From assembly GCA_037444665.1 (NCBI GenBank), contig JBBILZ010000001.1:1-64000 (forward strand): 64,000 nucleotides of DNA. Direction: 5' to 3'. Position 1 is the first letter of the stretch; every line of letters begins with the position of its first letter. The position numbers and the translations under genes were made by a program. The notes beneath the pieces were generated by a model. That model was not told the DNA's origin, ran no database searches, and was given only the letters and a program-made list of their open reading frames with translations. This document shows, piece after piece, positions 47,649 through 56,950 of the stretch. The DNA comes from a candidate division WOR-3 bacterium. GTDB taxonomy: Bacteria > Hydrothermota > Tepidihabitantia > SM23-42 > JAOAFX01.

Positions 47649-48491
47649 CTACCTACTATCCTTCTCTATCGCCATATATCCATAATAAGTCCCTTCACCT
47701 TCTTCATCATCAGGTATCCAGATTGCCTGTTTTTTATCTGTGGTTGCATCAAATGTTGCAACATATAGATGAATAGATTTCTGAGTGAATTCAGATTTTT
47801 TAAAAAGATACAAAAGATAAGCAAGTTCTACCCTTGAAAATTCACGATAGTTCTCTTTCCTGGGGTCAATAAAAAACTGCGGTGGTTGTTGTAAGAACAC
47901 ATACTCATCCAATACATCTACGAGAAGCACCTTTTCTCCATACGGTCGATTCAACAGGTTCAACCTTCTTTTGTATGCACTTTCAAGGTCAAGATAAAAT
48001 TCCTTTGGGTCAAATTTTTTCTTTTTCAATTCTTCGTCAAATTTTTTTATAGTCTGATAGACTGTTTCCGGTTCAAGAGGGATTTTGGACTTTAATTTCT
48101 CAATCTGTGGTCCAAAATACAGGGCTGCCTCGCCAAATTCAAAGTTTAAAACAAGGGTATAAAAACCGACTCTTAATATTGGATACTGGCCCTTTATTAT
48201 TCTGTTATCCTGTTGGAAAAGTGTTTTGAGTTTTTCACCGAATGCAAAGCGAAATTCCTCTTTTGCCTTTTCAACCTCTTTCTTTTCCTGATTGAGCCAG
48301 TCAATTAACTGGTTTTTCAAATCAAATTCTGCAAGGCTATTCGCAATTTTTAAGAGTTCAGAAACTCTTTTCTCCATAATATAGGCATTATCTACTGGAC
48401 TCTCTTTTAATTTCGCATAGTCGTTTATCAATTTTGTTATTTTACCTGCTGCCTTTATCAATCCCTTGAATCCTTCTACAATCTCTTTCAT
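47649..48491 (-). CDS. Hypothetical protein, first gene of the ATPase operon
   Basis: 280-aa ORF from ATG 48491 (MKEIVEG...); helical N-half; no motif recognised. Confidence 0.75.
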   Translation of the reverse strand: MKEIVEGFKGLIKAAGKITKLINDYAKLKESPVDNAYIMEKRVSELLKIANSLAEFDLKNQLIDWLNQEKKEVEKAKEEFRFAFGEKLKTLFQQDNRIIKGQYPILRVGFYTLVLNFEFGEAALYFGPQIEKLKSKIPLEPETVYQTIKKFDEELKKKKFDPKEFYLDLESAYKRRLNLLNRPYGEKVLLVDVLDEYVFLQQPPQFFIDPRKENYREFSRVELAYLLYLFKKSEFTQKSIHLYVATFDATTDKKQAIWIPDDEEGEGTYYGYMAIEKDSR

Positions 48492-48501
48492 TAGCAGCAA
48501 T

Positions 48502-48530
48502 ATAATAACCAAAAATATACCCGATGTCAA
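48502..48530 (-). promoter_or_regulatory. Promoter TTGACA-N17-TATTAT for the ATPase operon
   Basis: Hexamers ending 10 nt before the ATG at 48491. Confidence 0.7.
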
Positions 48531-48577
48531 TAAGTTTTTGGGAAAACAATCCTACTTTATCAAAGTTTTTTCAATCA

Positions 48578-48605
48578 TTGACTTATTAAAATTTCTGGTT
48601 AAAAT
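48578..48605 (+). promoter_or_regulatory. Promoter TTGACT-N16-TAAAAT for the cyclase/TPR locus
   Basis: Hexamers upstream of the ATG at 48622. Confidence 0.7.
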
Positions 48606-48621
48606 GGATTGCAAGGTTATT

Positions 48622-51331
48622 ATGCAAACAAGCGAAAAGAGAACGAATAATCTATTCAACAGCAAGTTTTTTACCAAGGCAGATTGTAAAATCCAGAATC
48701 TCAGAAGAGAAAATTAAACCTTTTGAGACTATCAATGCAACACTCCTTTTTGCAGATATATCTGGATTCACGGCAATGAGTGAAAAACTTGCCCGCTTAG
48801 GCAAAGAAGGGGCAGAAGAAGTAAACAAGATAATCAACTCCTTTTTTGCTCCACTCATCAGTGTCGTGTATAAGTGGGATGGAGATATTTATCGGTTTGG
48901 TGGCGATGCTTTCTTAGCATTCTTCCCTGAAATGCCGGCAAAAGAGTTATCAAGCAAAAGGGCACTGAAAGCGGGTATTGAGATTTCAAAATTTGTTAAA
49001 GCCCATGAAATAACAAAGACCAAAGTAGGCTCATTCAAAATCAAAATCCATATCGGGTTGACAAAAGGCAAGATCTATTTTCAGGACCTGAAAAATAATT
49101 TCTTTCTTGGTGGCAGGATAGTAAATGATTTAATGAAAATGATTGACCTTGCTGGTCCTGGTCAGATTGTTGTCAGCTCTGATGTTAAAAAAGAACTACC
49201 TGAAGTAAGTTTTACACCAAAAGAGGATACCTGGCAATATCTCGGAATGAAAATGAAACCGGCTAAAACACAGACAGAAATTAGTAAATTCTCCCCTAAA
49301 ATATCTGATGATAAATTTACTACACTAAAAAATTATATTCCTGATTGGTTACTTAAAAGGATTGAATTGAAACCACATTTTGACCACAAGGATGGAGAAC
49401 ATAGAAAGATTGCGGTCATCTTTTTGCATTTTGCCGGTATCCCCTATGATAAAAATCCTAAACAGGCGAGCGCAATGCTGGAGAGATTGTATAAAATTGT
49501 GAGCCAGTCAGTAGAAAAATACGACGGCTGGATAAATGCAATTGATATCTATAAAGACAGCGAAAGATTTCTTGTGGTCTTTGGTTTTCCCAAAATTTAT
49601 GAAGATGATGAAAAGAGGGCTGTTCTTTTTGCCTATGAAATTCTGAACCATCCTGAATTAAAACGGTTGCATTTGAGGGCAGGGATAAACTCGGGTTCAG
49701 TCTTTGCCGCACCCGTAGGCAGTGAATTGAGGCGTGAATATGCAACATTGGGTGATGCAGTAAATCTTGCAGCAAGGCTTGCTGCCAAAGCACAGAACCA
49801 AACAATTGTAGCAAGCGAACCCATATTTAATAAAACATTTGGACTCTTTGATTATGAATTTTTAGGTGAACAGGAATTTAAAGGGAAAAAGAAAAAGATT
49901 AAGACATATAAGATAATCAGAAAAAAACAGATTGAAAAGAAGGCACTGACAAGATGGCTCTCTGAAAGTGAAAAGATTGTTGGTAGAGATAAAGAAATTA
50001 AAAAGATGCAAAACCTTGTCAGTTTATGTTCTACGGGAAAGGGACAGATTCTCGGAATTACTGGTGAGCCCGGGGTCGGAAAATCAAGACTGGTTCAGGA
50101 ACTTATTAAATTTACAGAAAAGGCAGGATACTATATTGTTAAAGGTGATTGCATTTCCTATGGCAGTGCCTTTTCATACCATCCCTGGGTAGAAATTTTA
50201 GAACAATTTTTTGATATTTCATCCAGCGATTCCTTAAAAATACGCACTAATAAAATAAAAGAGAAGTGCATCAGTGTTGATAAAAAACTTACTCAGTGGC
50301 TGCCAGTAATTGGCGAGGTTATGGGTGTTCCATTCTTAGAAACATCACTCACAAAATACTTAGATGCCAAGATAAAAAAACAGCGTGTTTTTGATATTAT
50401 CTTTGACTTCTTGAAATTTGTTGCCCGGACCAAACCAGTAAATGTAATTATTGAAGACCTGCACTGGGCTGATACTGCTTCAATGGAACTTGTGAATTAT
50501 ATTGGTAGAAACATTGAGGATAAACAGATACTTTTAACACTGGTCTATCGTCCATTAAAGAAAAAAGAAGAATTTATGGAGAAGGGCTGGACAACTGAAT
50601 TGAGTTTAAAAGAACTTTCAAAAGAAGAGAGTATTGAGCTCGTTCAACTTTTACTCAATATCAAAAATATCCCTGATGACCTGAAAAAAATTATTATTGA
50701 AAAATCACAGGGGAACCCTTTTTATATTGAAGAACTCGTAAAATCACTGATTGAGCAGGGCTATGTGATTGAAGAAAAAGGAACATGGAAATTTAAGGGT
50801 GATATAAAGAAACTTCAATTACCTGATACACTTGAGGCGGTTATCTTATCAAGGATTGACCGACTTGACCTGGAAGACCGTGATGTATTGCAGACCGCTT
50901 CAGTCCTGGGCAGGGAGTTTGATGAATTCTTGCTTGAACAAATATTCCCTGCGCCACAACTATTAAAAAAATCCCTTCATAATCTTGAGCGCCTTGATTT
51001 GATAAAACAGGAAGACAGCAAAGGAAAAAGGCATTACTTTTTCAAACATATCCTCACCCAGGAGGTTGCATATGGTACCCTGTCTTTTGCCCGCAAACAA
51101 GAACTCCATCGCCAGACCGGCAGATTTATAGAGACTGAACTTAAAGACCGAAAAGAAGAATTTCTGGGTCTGCTCTCTTACCACTTCTATGCGGGTGGAG
51201 ATTATGATAAATCTCTGCTCTATTCAGTTGAAGCAGGTGAAAAGGCAAAAAAGGTCTATGCCAATGAAGAGGCAATAGAATTCTTCACCCGGGCAATTGA
51301 TTCATACGAAAGATTGGAAGGAAAGATATAG
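48622..51331 (+). CDS. sAC-like tandem class III nucleotide cyclase + STAND (AAA_16) NTPase; lacks the TPR array; apparent +1 frameshift near the 5' end
   Basis: LLFADISGFT (in frame, upstream of Met 48776), FGGDA, second domain with GDAVNLAARL, Walker A GEPGVGKS, IEDLHWAD, GNPFYIEE, SRIDRL, ASVLGREF, FKHIL; ends YANEEAIEFFTRAI. Confidence 0.85.
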
Positions 51332-51392
51332 ATTGCGGACACAAGATTATCTGACAGAAGATAAATGTAGTTCAGTTAGACAAAGTGAACAA

Positions 51393-52460
51393 GTGAAAAG
51401 TATTCGCCAAAATCTATTAATAAAAGCCCTCAGAGGCAGAGCAGAGATTAATTATTTAACAGGAAAAATTGACGAAGGCATAAGAGATTATACACAGATA
51501 CTCCAAGAATATGGTGAGAAGAATAGAGACGGAAATTTTTTTACAATGTTGGATACGATGATTCATATTGCTAATCTTCTGGCGGTTGGAAAGAGTGATT
51601 TTTCAGGGGCACAAACACTGATAAAAAAAGCATTTAAAAAATTGGGCAAAAAAATGAATACCCGTACCTATGCCCGTGGTCTAAATTGTCTGGGTATAAT
51701 TTTTAGGCGCCAAAGTAAATATGTTCAAGCACTAAGTCATTTCAGAAAAGCCTTACGCATATATCAGACTTTAAAAGAAAAAGAAGGTATCGCCGGTGTT
51801 TACTCTAACATTGCGCTTACCTATTTTAACAAAGGTAATCTTGATATTGCACTGAAATATTATAAAAAATGCTTCATTCTATGCCGAGATTCAAATGACC
51901 TGCCGACCATAGGAACAACCCTGGGCAATATCGGCCTTGTTTATCAGGAAAAGCGTCAATATGATAATGCTTTAAAGTACTATAAAGATTATTATGCACT
52001 GTCTCTAAAATCAGGCCATAAATTGGGTGTCAGTATTGCTTTAAGAGACATTGGCGCAATTTATGAAAAAAAATGTTTTTATGATAGGGCATTAGAATAT
52101 TACAAGAAATCTCTTACTATAGCCGAAGAGATAAATGCACAAAGAGAAATCGGCATTGTTTCCGGACTCATTGGCTTCACATATAAAGAGCAGGGAGACT
52201 TTACCAATGCACTAAAATATTTGACCAGGGCGCTATCTATATTTGAAAAAATCTCTGATAAAAAACGGTTGGGTTTTGCTTTTATGCATTTAGGGATGGT
52301 CTATAGCGAACTCAAAAAATTTGAGGTAGCAAAACAGTATCTCAATCAGGCTCAAAAAATTTTTGAAGATATCGGTGATAAAATATCTCTGTCCCGTGTT
52401 TTTACCTTGCTCTCAAAATTGGAGACCACACAGGGGAACGATAGTTACAATGAAAGATAA
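51393..52460 (+). CDS. TPR sensor-like protein 1 (probable GTG start; internally deleted)
   Basis: Repeated about 40-aa units (GNIG.VY...G.YD.AL.YY); N-terminal LLIKALRGRA. Confidence 0.8.
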   Translation: MKSIRQNLLIKALRGRAEINYLTGKIDEGIRDYTQILQEYGEKNRDGNFFTMLDTMIHIANLLAVGKSDFSGAQTLIKKAFKKLGKKMNTRTYARGLNCLGIIFRRQSKYVQALSHFRKALRIYQTLKEKEGIAGVYSNIALTYFNKGNLDIALKYYKKCFILCRDSNDLPTIGTTLGNIGLVYQEKRQYDNALKYYKDYYALSLKSGHKLGVSIALRDIGAIYEKKCFYDRALEYYKKSLTIAEEINAQREIGIVSGLIGFTYKEQGDFTNALKYLTRALSIFEKISDKKRLGFAFMHLGMVYSELKKFEVAKQYLNQAQKIFEDIGDKISLSRVFTLLSKLETTQGNDSYNER

Positions 52461-52478
52461 ATATTTTTCTCAACAATC

Positions 52479-52691
52479 TTGAAGACTCGTGTGAGACTTG
52501 AATATGCAAAATCTCTTTACGAACTTGGGAAAGTATACCTAACTTGTCGTGAAACGTGGAACGTGAAAGGTAAAACGGCGAAAAAGGCGTTACAATATTT
52601 AAAAGAAGCAGAAAAGATTTTCAAAAAAGCAGGTGCTGAATTGTGGTTGAAGAAAACCAGCGACTTAATAAATCAATTACCCAATTATTAA
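52479..52691 (+). pseudogene. Detached C-terminal fragment of TPR protein 1
   Basis: LEYAKSLYELGKVYL...KKAGAELWLKK is nearly identical to the C-terminus of the 54142 ORF. Confidence 0.75.
52505..52655 (+). repeat. Direct repeat (partner 55431-55581)
   Basis: 33 identical nt (tgcaaaatctctttacgaacttgggaaagtata), then high identity to about 150 nt. Confidence 0.9.
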
Positions 52692-54155
52692 ATGAAGGTG
52701 GATGCAAGAAGAGACCTTTTATTACGTGCATTAGAAGGAAAGGGTGCGGTTTTAATGTTGATTGGAAAATTTGATGCAGCTGCGAGCCTTTATCATCAAT
52801 TGGCAAATAAGGGGCAGGATAATCCACTGATCGTAGCAAGGGCAGAAAGATCAATTGCTGATGTTTACCTGAAACAGGGCAAATACGATGAAGCTCTAAA
52901 AATTCTTGAAGGCAAAAAAGAAAATATCATCGGTGATTCAGAAAGTGGAGCAATTGAAAAGGCGTTAATTCATATATCTAAAGGTGGGGTTTACAGGTAT
53001 AAAGGAGAATTAAGAAAAGCAACTAAAGAAATAAACAATGGATTAAAAATCTTATCTTTTATTCACAAAGAAACTAAGTTAAAAAAGAGATTTATTATCA
53101 AAAAAGCGCAGGCAACCGCCTTCAATAACCTGGCTTCAATTTCTCTGCTTAAAGGTAATTATAAAAAAGCAATAAAATTGTATAACAAATCATTGAAAAT
53201 AATAAAAGATTTAAACGAAAAACAGGCAATTGGAACAACAAACGGTAATCTGGGCCTAATTTTTTTGGATAAAGGCGAATATTCAAAGGCAATTAATCTA
53301 TTTATGAACCATATAAAAATATCAAAAATGATTGGTGATAAACGAGGCCTTAGTTTGGCAATTGGGAATTTAGGTTTGGTCTATGAAAATATGGGCAATT
53401 ATAATAAGGCGATTGGGTTATTTACCAGATATCTTAAAATCGCTCAAGAGTTAGGAGATGAGCGTGGGATAGGGACTGCCTGTGGTAATTTAGGGCTGGC
53501 GTATAGAGACAAACAACAATATTCTGAAGCAATTAAATTTCTCTTAAAAGATTTGGTCATTTCCGAAAAAATAGGCGACAGATACGGTTCCGGTATCTCT
53601 TGCTTAAATCTGGCTTTTGCTTATCTGGAAAAAGATAGTTTTAATGATGCAAAAAAATATTTATTCAGATCATTTAAAATATTTAAGAATATGGGTGATA
53701 CATTTGATATGATTTATGTTAATCTGGGTTTAGCACTGTTAGGTTTATTGAAAATTAAAATGGGAACTGCGTCGCGACTTAGTATTGGGAAAACATTAAA
53801 ATTTATTAAAAACGCACTAAAAACTGCAAAGGAGATGAATTCTAAAACAGCAATAGCAGATTGTTATTTTATATTTGCAAAAGCATATGTAGCCATTTCC
53901 AACTTCAAAAATGCTCAAATATATTTTAAAAAAGCCATCAAATATTTCAATAATCTGAAGTCAAAAAGGATGCTCGCTGATTCATACTTTGAATACGCAA
54001 AAATGCTAAAAAACTGGGAATCACCGAGACTTGAAGGTACCAGGAAATTTGAACAAAATTTAAAAAGGGCATTAAAGATATATAATGAATTAAGCTTGCC
54101 ACAAAAAATCAAAGAAGTAAAAAAAGTAATGGAACAAAACTTTGCTAATGATTAA
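52692..54155 (+). CDS. TPR sensor-like protein 2
   Basis: N-terminal LLLRALEGKG; GNLGL.Y...G.Y.KAI repeats. Confidence 0.88.
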   Translation: MKVDARRDLLLRALEGKGAVLMLIGKFDAAASLYHQLANKGQDNPLIVARAERSIADVYLKQGKYDEALKILEGKKENIIGDSESGAIEKALIHISKGGVYRYKGELRKATKEINNGLKILSFIHKETKLKKRFIIKKAQATAFNNLASISLLKGNYKKAIKLYNKSLKIIKDLNEKQAIGTTNGNLGLIFLDKGEYSKAINLFMNHIKISKMIGDKRGLSLAIGNLGLVYENMGNYNKAIGLFTRYLKIAQELGDERGIGTACGNLGLAYRDKQQYSEAIKFLLKDLVISEKIGDRYGSGISCLNLAFAYLEKDSFNDAKKYLFRSFKIFKNMGDTFDMIYVNLGLALLGLLKIKMGTASRLSIGKTLKFIKNALKTAKEMNSKTAIADCYFIFAKAYVAISNFKNAQIYFKKAIKYFNNLKSKRMLADSYFEYAKMLKNWESPRLEGTRKFEQNLKRALKIYNELSLPQKIKEVKKVMEQNFAND

Positions 54156-55602
54156 AACCGGAAATTTAAGAAAACAGTTGCTAATCGACGCATTAGAAGG
54201 AAGAGCCAATGTATATAGACTTATAGGCGAATACGATGAAGCAATACAAGACTATCAGAAGGCTATATTCTGGTGTAAAAAGGGAACAAAACCAGACTCC
54301 CTTTTAATAGCAAATCTAATAATTCACCTTGCTGACATCTTTCGAGAAGGCAAAAATGATTATGATAAGTCAGCGATGCTTATTAAAAAATTATTTAACA
54401 GGATGAGTAAAAAAAATAAAAATGCGCTTTATCCACTCGGTTTAAATATCCTTGGTATTATTCTCACCCACAGAGGAAGGTATAAACAAGCACTGGAATA
54501 TCATAAAAAGGCACTCAGTATTAATAAAAAATTAAAGGACAAAACAGAAACAGGGAAAACATATTTGGTTATTGGAGACATTTATTATTATACAGGTGAC
54601 TTCACAAATGCATTGAAATACTACAAAAAATCGGCTACAATATTAAAAACAACAGGCAATAAAACCAATCTTGATATAGCTTATAATAATATCGGTTCTA
54701 TTTATTATGACCAGGGTAAATCTTTTATGGCGTTAAAATATTACAAAAGATCTCTTAACATATCTGAAAAGATAGAATCCAAACTTGATATTGGCGTTAC
54801 TTGTGGCAATATTGGAACAGTATATCATAGTATAGGCAACCTTGATATTGCCTTGAAATATTATGAGAAATCTATTAACATATTAAAGCAGATTGATTAT
54901 AAAATAGGAATTACCACAGGTTACAACAACCTTGGTGCTGCATATTACGATAAAGGTAGATTCCATACCGCATTGAGATACTATAGAAAATCTTTAAGTA
55001 CATTTCAGGAGATAGGTTATTATTTGGGGATTGGACTCGTTTATTTGAAGATGGGTCAGGCTTATACAGGATTAAGAAATTTCAGCCGAGCGGATAAATA
55101 TCTTAAATTAGCAGAAAAAATATTTATGGGGAATCCCAATAAAAAAATTCTATCAAAAATTTATATAGGTTTCTCGGAATTATACTACGGAAAAAAAGAT
55201 TACGAAGGTGCATTTAAACATGCAAACAAGGCACTCTCTTTAACAAGAGAAACAAAAATAATAGAACAGAAGATTTCGGCATTAAGACTAATGGGGAAGG
55301 CAATAAAGTGCCTGACGCATAATACAGGGCACACGATGCAGGATAAAGCAATACCATCCACTAAAAAAGCGATTTCTTATCTTGAAGAATCAATTGCCCT
55401 TGCGCGGAGATACAATATGAAACTGGAACTTGCAAAATCTCTTTACGAACTTGGGAAAGTATATTTACCTTCTCGTGAAACGGAAAATGCGAAAGGCGAA
55501 ACGGAGAAAAAGGCGTTACGATATTTAAAAGAAGCAGCAGAAATTTTCAAAAAAGCAGGTGCTGAATTGTGGTTAAAGAAAGTAAAAAACTTAATCGCTT
55601 AA
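54148..55602 (+). CDS. TPR sensor-like protein 3
   Basis: N-terminal LLIDALEGRANVYRLIGEYDEA; NNIG.IY...G...AL.YY repeats. Confidence 0.88.
   Translation: MIKTGNLRKQLLIDALEGRANVYRLIGEYDEAIQDYQKAIFWCKKGTKPDSLLIANLIIHLADIFREGKNDYDKSAMLIKKLFNRMSKKNKNALYPLGLNILGIILTHRGRYKQALEYHKKALSINKKLKDKTETGKTYLVIGDIYYYTGDFTNALKYYKKSATILKTTGNKTNLDIAYNNIGSIYYDQGKSFMALKYYKRSLNISEKIESKLDIGVTCGNIGTVYHSIGNLDIALKYYEKSINILKQIDYKIGITTGYNNLGAAYYDKGRFHTALRYYRKSLSTFQEIGYYLGIGLVYLKMGQAYTGLRNFSRADKYLKLAEKIFMGNPNKKILSKIYIGFSELYYGKKDYEGAFKHANKALSLTRETKIIEQKISALRLMGKAIKCLTHNTGHTMQDKAIPSTKKAISYLEESIALARRYNMKLELAKSLYELGKVYLPSRETENAKGETEKKALRYLKEAAEIFKKAGAELWLKKVKNLIA
55431..55581 (+). repeat. Direct repeat (partner 52505-52655)
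   Basis: Aligns with the partner copy as described there. Confidence 0.9.
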
Positions 55603-55696
55603 TTATTATCAGAAACCCAGTAATAAATAAACTAAAATATATAAAAAGTAAAATGATATTCATACAGAATAGAGTTAAGCTTAATTCTTTACATTA

Positions 55697-55724
55697 TTGA
55701 CATAGCGAATTTAATCTATATAAT
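55697..55724 (+). promoter_or_regulatory. Promoter TTGACA-N16-TATAAT for fbp
   Basis: Perfect hexamers followed by AAGGAGG. Confidence 0.8.
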
Positions 55725-55759
55725 AATTTATTATATCTAATAAGTGTTAAGGAGGCATA

Positions 55760-56845
55760 ATGGCGATTACTTTGAGCATTATTAAGGCAGATATTGGTGG
55801 GTATGTGGGGCACTCAAGCATGCATCCCAATATAATTGCCCGTGCAATTCAATTGCTTGATGCCCAGAAAAATAAGGGCACAATTGTTGACTTCCATGTT
55901 TCGCATTGTGGCGATGACCTGGAACTCATTATGAGCCATCGGCTCGGCAATGATTCTAATGAGATTCATAAACTTGCCTGGGACATATTTGTTGAATGCA
56001 CAAATGTCGCAAAAGAATTAAAACTTTATGGTGCGGGTCAGGACCTTCTTTCTGATGCCTTCTCTGGTAATGTCAAAGGTATGGGACCAGGCTGTGCTGA
56101 AATGACCTTTGAAGAACGTAAAAGTGAACCGGTTATTGTCTTTGCCGCAGATAAAACCTCTCCTGGTGCCTGGAACTATCCTTTATTCAAAATGTTTGCT
56201 GACCCATTCAATACAATTGGACTGGTCATTGACCCGAGCATGCACGATGGATTTGTTTTTGAAGTGCACGATGTTTTCCATGACAAGAATGCCAAAATGA
56301 ACACACCCGAAGATATGTATGACCTTTTGTGTCTCATTGGTGCATCTGAACATTATATTATAAAGAATGTCTATAAAAAAGATGGCACCATTGCTGCGAC
56401 AACTTCAACCCAGAAAGTAAATTTACTTGCAGGAAGATATGTAGGTAAAGATGACCCGGTAATGATTGTGCGCTGTCAGAGTGGTCTACCTGCAGTTGGT
56501 GAGGTACTTGAGCCATTCTCATTCCCTTATATGGTAACAGGCTGGATGCGTGGCTCACACTGGGGACCATTTATGCCAGTTTCAGTGGAACAAGCAAACC
56601 CCACAAGGTTTGACGGGCCACCAAGGCTAATTGCACTGGGCTTTCAAATATCAAATGGAATGCTTGTTGGACCAAGGGATATGTTTGCTGACCCGAGTTA
56701 TGACCATACCAGGCAGAAGGCAAATGAGATTGCTGATTATATCAGAAGGCATGGTCCATTTGAACCACAAAGGTTACCTCTTACGGAAATGGAATATACT
56801 ACACTTCCTCAGGTGCTCAATAAATTAAAAGACCGGTTTAAATAG
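55760..56845 (+). CDS. fbp: Bifunctional fructose-1,6-bisphosphate aldolase/phosphatase (class V FBPase)
   Basis: KADIGG..GH, GDD, YGAGQDLL, ADKT.PGAWN, YVGKDDP, GWMRGSH, RFDGPPR, MEYTTL. Confidence 0.95.
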   Translation: MAITLSIIKADIGGYVGHSSMHPNIIARAIQLLDAQKNKGTIVDFHVSHCGDDLELIMSHRLGNDSNEIHKLAWDIFVECTNVAKELKLYGAGQDLLSDAFSGNVKGMGPGCAEMTFEERKSEPVIVFAADKTSPGAWNYPLFKMFADPFNTIGLVIDPSMHDGFVFEVHDVFHDKNAKMNTPEDMYDLLCLIGASEHYIIKNVYKKDGTIAATTSTQKVNLLAGRYVGKDDPVMIVRCQSGLPAVGEVLEPFSFPYMVTGWMRGSHWGPFMPVSVEQANPTRFDGPPRLIALGFQISNGMLVGPRDMFADPSYDHTRQKANEIADYIRRHGPFEPQRLPLTEMEYTTLPQVLNKLKDRFK

Positions 56846-56871
56846 AAAAGCGATAAATTTTTCAATCCCTA

Positions 56872-56906
56872 AAAATCCCCCTTTTTTAAGGGGGATTTTA
56901 TTTTTA
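56872..56906 (+). terminator. Intrinsic terminator after fbp
   Basis: aaaatccccctt-loop-aagggggatttt hairpin followed by a T-rich tract. Confidence 0.8.
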
Positions 56907-56917
56907 AAAAAATTTAC

Positions 56918-56945
56918 TTGACTAAGGACAAAATCCGCATATAAT
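56918..56945 (+). promoter_or_regulatory. Promoter TTGACT-N16-TATAAT, 5 nt before the ATG at 56951
   Basis: Hexamers visible directly in the sequence. Confidence 0.7.
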
Positions 56946-56950
56946 TTCGC

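Noticed and set aside
45104..48530. Calling the ATPase operon BREX or Shango
   Set aside because: No pglX, pglZ, pglW, brxHI, TerB-like or helicase gene is adjacent; only the ATPase family matches.
51329..51364. Stop-codon readthrough (TAG) joining the cyclase-STAND gene to TPR1
   Set aside because: In-frame readthrough meets TAA ten codons later, and TPR1 is in a different frame.
52505..55581. TPR 3' repeats as a diversity-generating retroelement TR/VR pair
   Set aside because: Mismatches include C/T and G/C changes rather than being adenine-specific, both copies are coding, and no reverse transcriptase is in the window.
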